Below are positions 29,269 through 38,721 of a stretch of DNA of 64,000 bases, piece by piece; positions within the stretch are counted from its first letter, which is position 1, and each line of letters begins with the position of its first letter. The notes beneath the pieces are model-generated. The model searched no databases and was not told the DNA's origin. It saw only the letters and a list, made by a program, of their open reading frames with translations. Origin of the DNA: an uncultured Actinomycetota bacterium (GTDB lineage: Bacteria > Actinomycetota > Actinomycetes > Propionibacteriales > Nocardioidaceae); contig CAVPAG010000015.1 in the NCBI GenBank assembly GCA_963701425.1, positions 171,621 through 235,620 of the forward strand, written 5' to 3'. A program made the position numbers and the translations under genes.

Positions 29269-29318
29269 CGGATCGCCTGCCGTTCCCGTCCACGTGGATG
29301 GGAACGGCAGGCGATCCG
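29269..29318. repeat. 50-bp near-perfect palindrome (one G:T mismatch pair) centred on TCCACGTGGA; hairpin/terminator or protein-binding site
   Basis: Arms GGATCGCCTGCCGTTCCC (29270-29287) and GGGAACGGCAGGCGATCC (29300-29317) are exact complements, and the 12-nt centre is itself palindromic. It lies 21 nt after the ybdD-like stop. Confidence 0.75.
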
Positions 29319-29336
29319 CATTCCCAGACGTCGTTC

Positions 29337-29352
29337 GCGTCCACGTGGACGC
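29337..29352. repeat. 16-bp perfect palindrome GCGTCCACGTGGACGC sharing the TCCACGTGGA core
   Basis: Read directly from the sequence. It lies 19 bp downstream of the large palindrome. Confidence 0.7.
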
Positions 29353-29593
29353 CCACGACCCGCACCGATGCCGTTGGGGCTGACCGGCGGCCGGACGCCG
29401 CGTCAGATCGAGGCGATCGACGCTGCTGGGCAGGAGAGGCGGTCGAGCGCAGGGTGTCGCCAGGGAGCGTCAAAGGGCTTGGCCGCGGCGACGAAGTCGA
29501 CGCGCCGCCCAAGCGACCGGCGACCCCCGGAGCTCGACCGCCGGTCCGGCGCACGAACCCGACCGCCGGTCCGGCCGGACCGACGGCCCGCTC

Positions 29594-31477
29594 CTACTCG
29601 CGACGCAGCGCCGGCCGGAGCTTCTCCAGCACGGTCTCGTCCTCGATCGTCGACGGGATCGCGGCCTCCTTGCCGTCGGCGATCTCGCGCATGGTCTTGC
29701 GCAGGATCTTGCCGGAGCGGGTCTTCGGCAGGCCGCCGACCACGGTGACGTCCTTGAACGCCGCCACGGCACCGATCTCGTCGCGCACCATGGCGATCAG
29801 CTCGCGGGCGATGTCGTCGGGGTCGTCGGTGACGCCGGCCTTCAGCACGACGAAGCCTCGCGGCAGCTGGCCCTTGAGCGAGTCCGCGGCACCGATCACG
29901 GCGCACTCCGCGACAGCGGGGTGCTGCGCGATGACCGCCTCCATCGACCCGGTCGAGAGGCGGTGGCCCGCGACGTTGATGACGTCGTCGGTGCGCCCCA
30001 TGACGTAGAGGTAGCCGTCCTCGTCGACGTACCCGCCGTCGCCGGAGAGGTAGTAGCCCTGGTAGGCCGAGAGGTACGAGGAGACGTACCGGTCGTCGTC
30101 GCCCCACAGGGTGGGCAGCGTGCCGGGCGGCAGAGGGAGCTTGAGGCAGATCGCGCCCTCCTCTCCCGCGCCGAGGGGCTCGCCCTTCTCGTCGAGCACC
30201 TGGACGTCGTACCCGGGTACGGCGACCGACGGCGACCCCGGCTTGATCTCCATGGGTTCGAGGCCGCGGAGGTTCGACGCGATCGGCCATCCGGTCTCGG
30301 TCTGCCACCAGTTGTCGACCACGGGGACGCCGAGGGTCTCGGAGGCCCAGGTGTATGTGTCGGGGTCGAGCCGCTCGCCTGCGAGGAAGAGCGTCCGCAG
30401 CGAGGAGATGTCGTGCGACCCGAGGAGCTCCGCGCGCGGGTCCTCCTTCTTGATCGCCCGGAACGCCGTGGGTGCGGTGAACAGCGCCTCGACGCCGTGC
30501 TCGGCGATCACGCGCCAGAAGGCCCCGGCGTCCGGCGTGCCGACCGGCTTGCCCTCGTAGAGCACGGTCGTCGCGCCGTTGATGAGCGGCGCGTAGACGA
30601 TGTAGCTGTGCCCGACGACCCAGCCGACGTCGGAGGCCGCCCACCAGACCTGGCCGGGGTGGAGGTCGTAGATGTTCGGCAGGGACCAGGCCATGGCGAC
30701 CGCGTGGCCGCCGTTGTCGCGGACGATCCCCTTCGGCTTGCCCGTGGTGCCGGAGGTGTAGAGCACGTAGAGCGGGTCGGTGGCGGCGACCTCTACGCAG
30801 CCCGCGGGATGCTGCGCGCCCGCCTTCATCGCGACGTCCCAGTCGACGTCGCGCGGCTCCGTGAGCTCGGCGCGTGCCTGAGGGCGCTGCTTGACCACGC
30901 ATGCACCGGGCTTGTGGGTCGCCATCTCGAGCGCGCGGTCGAGCATCGGCTTGTACTCCACGACCCGGGTCGGCTCGATGCCGCAGGAGGCGGAGACGAC
31001 GACCTTGGGCTGCGCGTCGTCGATGCGGATCGCGAGCTCGTGCGGCGCGAACCCGCCGAACACCACGGAGTGCACCGCACCGAGCCTGGCGCAGGCGAGC
31101 ATCGCGATGACGGCCTCGGGGATCATCGGCATGTAGATGACCACCCGGTCGCCCTTCTCGACGCCGAACCCTCGGAGGGCACCGGCGAACGCCGCGACCT
31201 TCTCGAGCAGCTCGGCGTAGCTGAAGCGCTTCGTGGTCTCCGTGACCGGGCTGTCGTAGATCAGCGCGGTGCGGTCCGCGTGACCGGCGACGACATGCCG
31301 GTCGAGCGCGTTGAAGCAGGTGTTCAGCGTGCCATCGGGGAACCACCGGTAGAAGGGCTTGCGCTCGTCGTCGAGGACCCGCTGCGGCTTCCTGATCCAG
31401 TCGACGAGCCGTGCCTGCTCGCCCCAGAACGCCTCAGGGTCCTTGATGCTGCGGTCGTACTCCTCGCGATATCCCAT
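29594..31477 (-). CDS. prpE: Propionate--CoA ligase (acyl/acetyl-CoA synthetase family)
   Basis: The N-terminus ...YDRSIKDPEAFWGEQARLVDWIRKP...RWFPDGTLNTCFNALDRH and VIYMPMIPEAVIAMLACARLGAVHSVVFGGFA closely parallel E. coli PrpE as I recall it. AMP-binding motif YTSGTTGKPKG. Confidence 0.85.
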   Translation of the reverse strand: MGYREEYDRSIKDPEAFWGEQARLVDWIRKPQRVLDDERKPFYRWFPDGTLNTCFNALDRHVVAGHADRTALIYDSPVTETTKRFSYAELLEKVAAFAGALRGFGVEKGDRVVIYMPMIPEAVIAMLACARLGAVHSVVFGGFAPHELAIRIDDAQPKVVVSASCGIEPTRVVEYKPMLDRALEMATHKPGACVVKQRPQARAELTEPRDVDWDVAMKAGAQHPAGCVEVAATDPLYVLYTSGTTGKPKGIVRDNGGHAVAMAWSLPNIYDLHPGQVWWAASDVGWVVGHSYIVYAPLINGATTVLYEGKPVGTPDAGAFWRVIAEHGVEALFTAPTAFRAIKKEDPRAELLGSHDISSLRTLFLAGERLDPDTYTWASETLGVPVVDNWWQTETGWPIASNLRGLEPMEIKPGSPSVAVPGYDVQVLDEKGEPLGAGEEGAICLKLPLPPGTLPTLWGDDDRYVSSYLSAYQGYYLSGDGGYVDEDGYLYVMGRTDDVINVAGHRLSTGSMEAVIAQHPAVAECAVIGAADSLKGQLPRGFVVLKAGVTDDPDDIARELIAMVRDEIGAVAAFKDVTVVGGLPKTRSGKILRKTMREIADGKEAAIPSTIEDETVLEKLRPALRRE

Positions 31478-31591
31478 GGCCCCATCTTGGTTGCTCTCCC
31501 CGGGCGAGGCCAGGAAACGCCTCGGACGCGTCGACCAAGCGGCGCTGTGTCGCGACGAGCGGCAGCTCCCGGCACGGCCGGTAGCGGTCCC

Positions 31592-31624
31592 GCGGGCGTC
31601 AGTGCGGGCGTCAGTGCGGGCGTC
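31592..31624. repeat. Short tandem repeat, 12-nt unit GCGGGCGTCAGT x2 plus a partial third copy
   Basis: Read directly in the prpE / RIO-kinase divergent spacer. Confidence 0.7.
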
Positions 31625-31786
31625 GGCCCGAAAATCGCTTGCGCTTCTCGGCGTACGTCGGACACCCTCATCCCGGTGGGGCGACGACGGGTCGCCTCCT
31701 GAGCAGAGAGGGGCGTGACATGTACACGACTGTCCTTGGCGCGTTCTCCGCCAGCCTTCCCTCTCACTCTTGGAGCTACCCCACCG

Positions 31787-32728
31787 ATGTCACAGGACGT
31801 CAACTTCGCGGACCACGACTCCGCTGATCGCCGCCGGTTCGAACCGGCCACCCAGCCCGGCGCCTCTGCCGGCAGCAACACCGACAACGACATAGACCCG
31901 TTCTTCGTCTTCGACTTCCAGGCCGTCGACGGCCCCGCCGACTGCGGCGACGAGGGCCGGCGCTGGAGCACGTACTGGGACGTCGAGCGCCTGTGCCGCG
32001 GCCCCGAGCCGGTCCCCGACTGGGTGGTCACCGACCGCGCCGCCGTCGACACCGAGCTCGGCATCCTCAAGACGGGCAAGGAGGCCGACGTCTTCCTGCT
32101 CGAACGTGCCGTGCACGAGGGTGAAGCCGCCGGCCATTCGACCGTGATGGCGGCCAAGCGCTACCGCTCCGAGGAGCACCGCAGCTTCCATCGCAGCAGC
32201 ACCTACACCGAGGGCCGGCGCACCCGCAACAGCCGGGACGCCCGCGCGATGGCCAAGCGCACCGCCCACGGCCGCGCCGTCGCTGCGGGCCAGTGGGCCT
32301 GGGCGGAGTGGGAGGCGATGAAACGGTTGTGGTCGGTCGGCGTACCGGTCCCCTACCCCGTCCAGATCGACGGCACCGAGATCCTCATGGAGCTCGTCAT
32401 GGTCGGCGACGAGGTCGCCCCTCGCCTGGCCCAGGCGAGGCCGGAGCGGGACCTGCTGGTCTCCTACTTCGACCAGCTGCGCGACGCGATGGCGGTGCTC
32501 GCGGGTCACGGGATCGCGCACGGCGACCTGTCGCCGTACAACATCCTTGCCGCCGGGGAACGGCTGGTGATCATCGACCTGCCCCAGGCGGTGGACATCG
32601 TCGGCAACCCGGCCGGGATGGACTTCCTCATGCGGGACTGCCACAACATCGCCACCTGGTTCAACGCACGCGGCCTCGAGGTCGACGAGCACGCGCTGTT
32701 CGGCGAGCTCCTGGCAACGGCGTTCTGA
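31787..32728 (+). CDS. RIO-type serine protein kinase
   Basis: ATP loop LKTGKEADVF, catalytic loop HGDLSPYNIL, metal-binding IIDLPQAVD. ATG 31787 with GGAG upstream. Confidence 0.85.
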   Translation: MSQDVNFADHDSADRRRFEPATQPGASAGSNTDNDIDPFFVFDFQAVDGPADCGDEGRRWSTYWDVERLCRGPEPVPDWVVTDRAAVDTELGILKTGKEADVFLLERAVHEGEAAGHSTVMAAKRYRSEEHRSFHRSSTYTEGRRTRNSRDARAMAKRTAHGRAVAAGQWAWAEWEAMKRLWSVGVPVPYPVQIDGTEILMELVMVGDEVAPRLAQARPERDLLVSYFDQLRDAMAVLAGHGIAHGDLSPYNILAAGERLVIIDLPQAVDIVGNPAGMDFLMRDCHNIATWFNARGLEVDEHALFGELLATAF

Positions 32729-32734
32729 GCAGGG

Positions 32735-34312
32735 TCAGGTCAGGGGCGGCAACGTCTGCTGCGTGAGCAGCGCCCCGCGGAACAGGTCGCCGCGCTCGGC
32801 GACCCGGTCGAGCACGTTCCGGATGGTGAAGCCGTCCGGACGGAGGTCCGGGTCGTCGAGCTCGTCCCAGCTGATCGGCGCCGACACAGGTGCACCGGCT
32901 GCGGCACGTGGGCTGTACGGCGCGACGAGCGTCTTGTTGATTGCGTTCTGCGTGTAGTCCAGCCGTGCCTTGCCGCCGCGCGAGCGGACCTCCCACTTCC
33001 AGCTCAGCAGCTCCGGGACGACTGCACCGACCGTCCGCGACAGCTGCTCCACCCAGGCGCGGGTCTCGTCGAAGCTCGGCCCAAGTGCGATCGGCACCCA
33101 GATCTGGATGCCGCGGCTCCCGGTCACCTTCGGGAACGCCGCCACGCCGAGGTGCTCGAAGGCCGTGCGGTGCAGCCTGGCCAGGACGAGCACGTCCTCC
33201 CAGGACGTGTCGGTGCCCGGGTCGAGGTCGATGAGCGCGTACGTCGGACGGTGCGGCTGGTCGGCCCGCGAGGTCCAGGCATGCCACTCGAGCCCGCCGA
33301 GCTGGGCGACCCAGACGAGGGCGGCAGGCTCGTCGATGACGGGGTAGGTCTGCGTCTCGCCCGGGTCGGCATCCGGGTTGTCCCAGGCGGTGACCCACTC
33401 CGGGGCGTGGGCGGGCCGTTGCTTGTTCCAGAAGCCCTGTGTGTCCGCGCCGTTCGGGTAGCGCCGCATGTTGAGGGCCCTGCCCGCGAGGTAGGGAACC
33501 GCGACAGGGGCGATGCGTGCGGCGTACCGGAGGAGCTCGCGCTTGGTGACCGGCTCCTCGCCCTCGCGAGCCGGGAAGAGCACCTTGTCGAGGTTGGTGA
33601 CCCGCAGCGAGCGGCCGAACACCTCCCAGGTCCCCTCGTTCCCGATCTCGTCGAGCGCCGCCAGCTCGGCCTCCTCGGCGGGCTCCGGCACCGGATGCAG
33701 CTCGACGGCCGCCTCGGACGCCGGAAGGTCCGACCGCCAGACCCACTCCGGGGCGACCGCCACCTCGTCGTTGGTGCGGCCGCTCAGCACCGAGCGCGGA
33801 TGCTCGTCGGGGTCCCACCCGTCGACGGCGTACTCGTCGCGCTTGTGCACGAGCAGCCACTGCTCCTTCTCCCCGGGGCCGCCTCGTCGCACCAGCGCCA
33901 GACGACCACGCAGCTTCTCCCCGTGTACGTCGACGTGGAGCTCCCCCGCCTCGAGCGCCGCTCGCGGGTCGTCGGTGCCGTGGGGCTCCCAGGTGCCGGT
34001 GTCCCAGACCGTGACGTCGCCGGCGCCGTACTGCCTTGATGGGATCACGCCCTCGAAGTGGAGGTACTCCATCGGGTGGTCCTCGACGCGGAAGGCGCTG
34101 CGCCGCACGCCCGGGTCCAGCGTCGGACCCTTGGGAACCGCCCAGCTGACGAGCACCCCGTCGACCTCGAAGCGCAGGTCGTAGTGCGGGCTCGTGGCAC
34201 GGTGACGCTGGACGACGAAGCGCGGGAGGCTCCCGTCGTCCCCGCTGGATCCACGGTCCACCACGCCTCGATGGTGCCCCACGCCCGCCCCGTCACGCCG
34301 CCGAACCGCCAC
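32735..34312 (-). CDS. LigD-like NHEJ protein: 3'-phosphoesterase domain fused to primase-polymerase domain, no ligase domain
   Basis: PE motifs: FVVQRHRATSPHYDLRFE...SWAVPKGPTLDP...VEDHPMEYLHFEG. Pol motifs: VTNLDKVLFPA...RYPNGADTQGFWNKQ. No adenylation KxDG segment lies between them. The exact start is uncertain. Confidence 0.82.
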   Translation of the reverse strand: MAVRRRDGAGVGHHRGVVDRGSSGDDGSLPRFVVQRHRATSPHYDLRFEVDGVLVSWAVPKGPTLDPGVRRSAFRVEDHPMEYLHFEGVIPSRQYGAGDVTVWDTGTWEPHGTDDPRAALEAGELHVDVHGEKLRGRLALVRRGGPGEKEQWLLVHKRDEYAVDGWDPDEHPRSVLSGRTNDEVAVAPEWVWRSDLPASEAAVELHPVPEPAEEAELAALDEIGNEGTWEVFGRSLRVTNLDKVLFPAREGEEPVTKRELLRYAARIAPVAVPYLAGRALNMRRYPNGADTQGFWNKQRPAHAPEWVTAWDNPDADPGETQTYPVIDEPAALVWVAQLGGLEWHAWTSRADQPHRPTYALIDLDPGTDTSWEDVLVLARLHRTAFEHLGVAAFPKVTGSRGIQIWVPIALGPSFDETRAWVEQLSRTVGAVVPELLSWKWEVRSRGGKARLDYTQNAINKTLVAPYSPRAAAGAPVSAPISWDELDDPDLRPDGFTIRNVLDRVAERGDLFRGALLTQQTLPPLT

Positions 34313-34373
34313 GTCGTCACCGCACCCTCCGGTGTGCCGGGCCGCGAGTCACGGGTCGGCTAGGTTCTGCCGG

Positions 34374-35465
34374 GTGAGAGAGCAACGCGGACGCACGGTC
34401 GAGGTGGAGAGCCTCGAGGAGTTCGACGAGCGGGTCGCAGCGGGCGCGACCACCATGAGCGGCTGGCACCTCCAGGCCGTCGACCTCCGCGAGCGAGGCT
34501 CGGTCCTGCGCTCGCTCGACCCGTGCGGCGCCCTCTTCCTGGGCTGCCCGCTCGCGCCCGCCGACGAGGAGAGCCTCCGCGCCCGCGGTGCGCTCGTCTT
34601 CCCGGTGGTCCCGCACGTCCCGTTCGACGCCTACCGCGCCGGTCTCTACACACCGCAGGAGCTGTACGACGGGCTCTCCACCTCATACGAGGAGACACTC
34701 GACGCCCGGGTCTACGCGTGGTCGCAGCAGGAGCAGACCCTGGACGTCAGCCTCGCCCAGGCACTGCACGACCACGCCGTCGACGACGCGCTCCGGGGCA
34801 TGGTCCACGGCCACGACCTGGTCGGCGTCATGGGCGGCCACTCGCTGCCTCGTGGCGGTGAGGAGTACGCCGCGGCCGCCCACCTCTCGCAGCAGCTCGC
34901 CGCGAGCGGGCTGACCGTCGCGACCGGTGGGGGTCCCGGTGCGATGGAGGCGGCCAACCTGGGCGCCTACCTGGCCGGCCGCTCGCGCGAGGAGCTGGAC
35001 GAGGCACTCGGCATGCTCGCGGCCGTACCCGGCTTCACCCCCTCGATCCAGGACTGGGCCCGAGCGGCCTTCGGCGTGCTCGACCGGTGGCCGGACGGGA
35101 GCCGGTCGCTGGGGATCCCCACCTGGCACTACGGCCACGAGCCGCCCAACGCGTTCGCCACGGACATCGCGAAGTACTTCAAGAACGCGATCCGGGAGGA
35201 CATCCTGCTCCACGTCGCCGCGGGCGGGATCGTGTTCCTGCCGGGTGCGGCCGGGACGGTGCAGGAGGTCTTCCAGGATGCCTGCGAGAACTACTACGCC
35301 GACGCCTCGAGCGTGGCTCCGATGGTGCTCGTCGGGCGGGAGTACTGGACCGAGGTGGTCCCGGCGTGGCCGCTGCTGGAGTCGCTGGCGCGGGGACGCG
35401 CCATGGAGCCCGTCGTACACCTGGTCGACACCGTGGAGGAGGTCCCCGCGCTGCTCAGCCGGTGA
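34374..35465 (+). CDS. LOG family (TIGR00730-type Rossmann) protein with an N-terminal extension
   Basis: GGGPGAMEAANLGA and the PGGxGTxxE-like FLPGAAGTVQEVF. Start candidates are GTG 34332, 34374 and 34404. The 34332 start would leave only 19 bp to the divergent LigD-like start. Confidence 0.7.
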   Translation: MREQRGRTVEVESLEEFDERVAAGATTMSGWHLQAVDLRERGSVLRSLDPCGALFLGCPLAPADEESLRARGALVFPVVPHVPFDAYRAGLYTPQELYDGLSTSYEETLDARVYAWSQQEQTLDVSLAQALHDHAVDDALRGMVHGHDLVGVMGGHSLPRGGEEYAAAAHLSQQLAASGLTVATGGGPGAMEAANLGAYLAGRSREELDEALGMLAAVPGFTPSIQDWARAAFGVLDRWPDGSRSLGIPTWHYGHEPPNAFATDIAKYFKNAIREDILLHVAAGGIVFLPGAAGTVQEVFQDACENYYADASSVAPMVLVGREYWTEVVPAWPLLESLARGRAMEPVVHLVDTVEEVPALLSR

Positions 35466-35495
35466 CGTTCTGCGGAGGAAGCGGCACCCGCTGGG

Positions 35496-36605
35496 TCACG
35501 ACGCCAGCGCGGACTCCCGTTCTCCCGAGCGGGACACGAGGTGGTCCACGACGTAGGCGGCGTCCCGCCCGGCTCCTCCGACCAGCATGGACGTGAACCC
35601 GAACTGGAAAGCAAGGCCGGTGAAGTAGAGCCCTGGGTGAGCCGTCACGCCCCGGGTCTCCTCGGGCCAGCCGTCCTCACCGACCACGGGAACCTTCACC
35701 CAGTCGAAGCGCTGGCGGAAGCCGGTGCACCAGATGACGTTCGCGGCCTCGACGACCCGCCCGCCGTCGAGCACGGGCCGGCCCGCGTCAACCGCGACCA
35801 CCTTGGCCTCGGTGAGCTCGACACCGCGGTCGACGAGGTCCTCCCTCTTCACCCGGAGAAGCGGGCCACCATGCTGGCGGATCTCGGGGCGCATCTTCCG
35901 CCCCACCGGGGTCCGGATCGTCAGCAGGTGGCTGGCGACGGCGAACATGGCGGGCAGCATCACGTGGGCGAACCCGCTCTCGATGCGGAACGGAACCTGT
36001 CCGCGGACCGGTCCGGCGAGGACCGTCGGGTGGTCGGACGCGATCTCGAAAGCGATGTCGGCTCCACTGTGGGACGCGCCGACGACGAGTGTCGGACCGG
36101 GCCGCAGCTGTGACGGGCGTCGGTACTCGCTCGAGTGCAGCTGGAGGACCGCCGGGTCGAGCTCGCCGGCGAAGGAAGGCACGTACGGCGTCCGCCCGAA
36201 CGTCCCGGTGGCGACCACCACGTTGTCGCACTCGATCCGGCCCGTGCTCGTCGTCAGCACGTAGCCGCCCGTTCGCGCAGCCAGCTCCAGGACCCGCACC
36301 TCCGCGCGAACCGGCAGCCCGAACCTGGCGGCGTAGGCCTCCAGGTAGTCGCCCATCTGGTCCTTGGTCGGGTAGTCCCATCGCTCCGCCGGGAACGGCA
36401 TGCCGGGCAGGCCGTCCTTCGACGCCGGGCTGTAGAGCCGCAGCGTGTCCCAGTTGTCTCGCCAGCCGTCACCGACGCGCGCGTGCTCGTCGAGGATCAC
36501 GAACGGCTTGTTCTTGCGGGCGAGGTGGTAGCCGACCGCGAGACCGGCCTGTCCGGCGCCGATCACCACGGTCTCGATGTACTCGCTGTGTGTGTTCATG
36601 TCCAC
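35496..36605 (-). CDS. Flavin-containing monooxygenase / NAD(P)/FAD-dependent oxidoreductase (CzcO-like)
   Basis: Two dinucleotide folds: VVIGAGQAGLAVG and LVVGASHSGADIA. Confidence 0.82.
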   Translation of the reverse strand: MDMNTHSEYIETVVIGAGQAGLAVGYHLARKNKPFVILDEHARVGDGWRDNWDTLRLYSPASKDGLPGMPFPAERWDYPTKDQMGDYLEAYAARFGLPVRAEVRVLELAARTGGYVLTTSTGRIECDNVVVATGTFGRTPYVPSFAGELDPAVLQLHSSEYRRPSQLRPGPTLVVGASHSGADIAFEIASDHPTVLAGPVRGQVPFRIESGFAHVMLPAMFAVASHLLTIRTPVGRKMRPEIRQHGGPLLRVKREDLVDRGVELTEAKVVAVDAGRPVLDGGRVVEAANVIWCTGFRQRFDWVKVPVVGEDGWPEETRGVTAHPGLYFTGLAFQFGFTSMLVGGAGRDAAYVVDHLVSRSGERESALAS

Positions 36606-36609
36606 GACG

Positions 36610-36933
36610 CTAGGCAGCCGCGAGGCTCACCGCGTCGGGCGAACGATGCATCTCGCCCCGTCGGCGCGGCATGGGTGATTTCGCGTAGCGCAGGTACCAG
36701 AAGAGCATCAGGCCCGTGCTCACCAGGTAGAACGAGTGCATCGCCCAGATCGGGCCCGGCGGGAGGCTGAAGACGTAGACGGAGTGGACCACGTTGCCGG
36801 TGTTGGCCAGGAGGATGTTGCCGGCGCTGTAGGACGCCAGGTCCTTGGTCCGCGCGGCCTTGACGAGCATCGGCATCGCGCTGAGCGCGAAGATCACTGT
36901 CGAGACGACACCTGCGACGACGGGAAGGTTCAT
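36610..36933 (-). CDS. SemiSWEET / PQ-loop-like small membrane protein (3 TM)
   Basis: From ATG 36933: MNLPVVAGVVSTVIFALSAMPMLVKAARTKDLASYS... parallels the SemiSWEET PQ-loop segment (P-M here instead of P-Q). It ends 4 nt before the monooxygenase start. Confidence 0.55.
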   Translation of the reverse strand: MNLPVVAGVVSTVIFALSAMPMLVKAARTKDLASYSAGNILLANTGNVVHSVYVFSLPPGPIWAMHSFYLVSTGLMLFWYLRYAKSPMPRRRGEMHRSPDAVSLAAA

Positions 36934-37029
36934 GTCCTCGACGCTAGGGGCGCACCACCTCGCTCCACGTCGGGCCAACCATGCACTTTCCGCGCGCACC
37001 TGAGTGAGCGATTTCGTGTAACGAGGCGC

Positions 37030-38664
37030 TCACACCAGGTGGTGCTGGAACGCGTACGCCGTGGCCGCGGACCGCGACGAGAGGCCCAGCTTCGTGAAGA
37101 TGTTGGCGATGTGGCGGGCCACCGTCTTCTCGCTCAGGAAGAGCTCGTGCGCGATCGCGCGGTTGCTCTTTCCCGCAGCGACCAGCCGCAGCACCTCGAG
37201 CTCGCGTGGCGACAGGCCGCCCGCTCTGCCCTCGGGAACTGCCTCAGCCGACGAGAGGGCCCGCAGCTCGGTCACGGCATGCAGCTGCTCGAGGAGCGAC
37301 CGGGCCGCGTCGAGCTCCATCCGGGCGGCGTCCTCGTCCCCGACCTTGCGGCTGGCCGAGCCGATGAGGATCCTGGTGCGCGCGGCCTCGAACGGCACGT
37401 CGAGGCGCTGCCAGATCATCCAGGCCCGCCGGGCCAGCGCGAGCGCCGCCATCGGATCGTCCTCGGCAAGGAGCACTCGCGCACCGGCCTGCGCCGCCAG
37501 GGCACGGAGATAGGGCGCATCGAGGTCCCGGCTGATGCGGTCGAGCTCGTCCGCGGCCTGGCGCGCGGTGCCGCCGTCACCCGCGGCGAGGGAGATCTCC
37601 ACCTGGGCCGCGAGCAGCCTCGGACGGCTGATCGGCGGCAGGGTCTCGTCCAGGGCTCGACGGATCCCAGCGAGCGCGGCGTCGGTGCGGCCCTGGGCGA
37701 GCCTCAGCAACGCCAGGCCGGGCTGCGTCTCGTTGCCCCACTCACCGGCCGCGCGGTAGCACTCGTCCGCCTTGGCGAGCTGCCCGCGTAGCCGGTGCAG
37801 CTCGGCCTTCTCGTACAAGGCCGCGCCCTGTGCCGGGTTGCCGGGCGGCGTGGCCAGAAGGTGTCCGGCGCGTTCGGCCTCGTGCATCGCCTGGCCCCAG
37901 TCCCCGTTCAGCTGCAGGATCTGTGCCCGGTGCACCAGACAGTTGCCCCGGTAGGGCACGAGGTCGGGCTGGGCGTCGCACCACTGGCTCAGGGCCGTCG
38001 TCCACTCCCTGGCACGGCCGACGTCGAACATCCGCTGGCAGGCGTCGATGACGGCGCAGTACACCAGCCCGGACACCACCGCGGACACCTCTTCCGCGGT
38101 GACGGCCACCATCACCTCGTCGAGGTAGGCGCGTCCTTGCCGCACATCCCCGAGCATGCAGAGCGACTGTCCCTGTCCGAGGCGGCCGAGGGCAAGCAGG
38201 TCCGGGTCCGAGAACCGCCGTCCGTACTCGTGGACCTCGGTGAACGTCTTCAGCGCGCCGGCGGCGTCGCCCTCGTACATCTGCTGGACCGCCACCAGCG
38301 AGAGGAAGTACCCGCCTGTCGCGCACGCCGTGTCGACCTCGTCGAGCACGCGTCGTCCGCGGTTCAACCAGCCGCTGGCCTGCGCCTCCTCGCCGCGGTT
38401 GAACAGGTTGAAAGCGACCCAGAACGCCGTCTGGGCGGCGCCGACGGCGTCCCCCGCACGGGTGGCCTCCCGATGCGCCCGCGCCATGATCTCGACGCAG
38501 CCCTCGTCGTCGCCGACGAGGTACGTCGCGGTGGCGAGCAGCTCGAGGTCCTCGCGTGCCAACGGCGTCTCCCGGTCCCGCGCGCTCAGAAGGGATTGAG
38601 CCTCCGCCCAGTCGTGGCGCTCGAAGGCCGCACGACCTCGCTGGACCAACGTGTCGGCATGCAT
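37030..38664 (-). CDS. LuxR family transcriptional regulator with a large helical-repeat (TPR-like) N-terminal domain
   Basis: C-terminal [47 protein letters not shown]. Confidence 0.88.
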   Translation of the reverse strand: MHADTLVQRGRAAFERHDWAEAQSLLSARDRETPLAREDLELLATATYLVGDDEGCVEIMARAHREATRAGDAVGAAQTAFWVAFNLFNRGEEAQASGWLNRGRRVLDEVDTACATGGYFLSLVAVQQMYEGDAAGALKTFTEVHEYGRRFSDPDLLALGRLGQGQSLCMLGDVRQGRAYLDEVMVAVTAEEVSAVVSGLVYCAVIDACQRMFDVGRAREWTTALSQWCDAQPDLVPYRGNCLVHRAQILQLNGDWGQAMHEAERAGHLLATPPGNPAQGAALYEKAELHRLRGQLAKADECYRAAGEWGNETQPGLALLRLAQGRTDAALAGIRRALDETLPPISRPRLLAAQVEISLAAGDGGTARQAADELDRISRDLDAPYLRALAAQAGARVLLAEDDPMAALALARRAWMIWQRLDVPFEAARTRILIGSASRKVGDEDAARMELDAARSLLEQLHAVTELRALSSAEAVPEGRAGGLSPRELEVLRLVAAGKSNRAIAHELFLSEKTVARHIANIFTKLGLSSRSAATAYAFQHHLV

Positions 38665-38721
38665 CGCTCTCCCTCGTCCGAGGGTAAACCCGACGAGCCC
38701 GGACGCGCCCAGGCGATCTGG

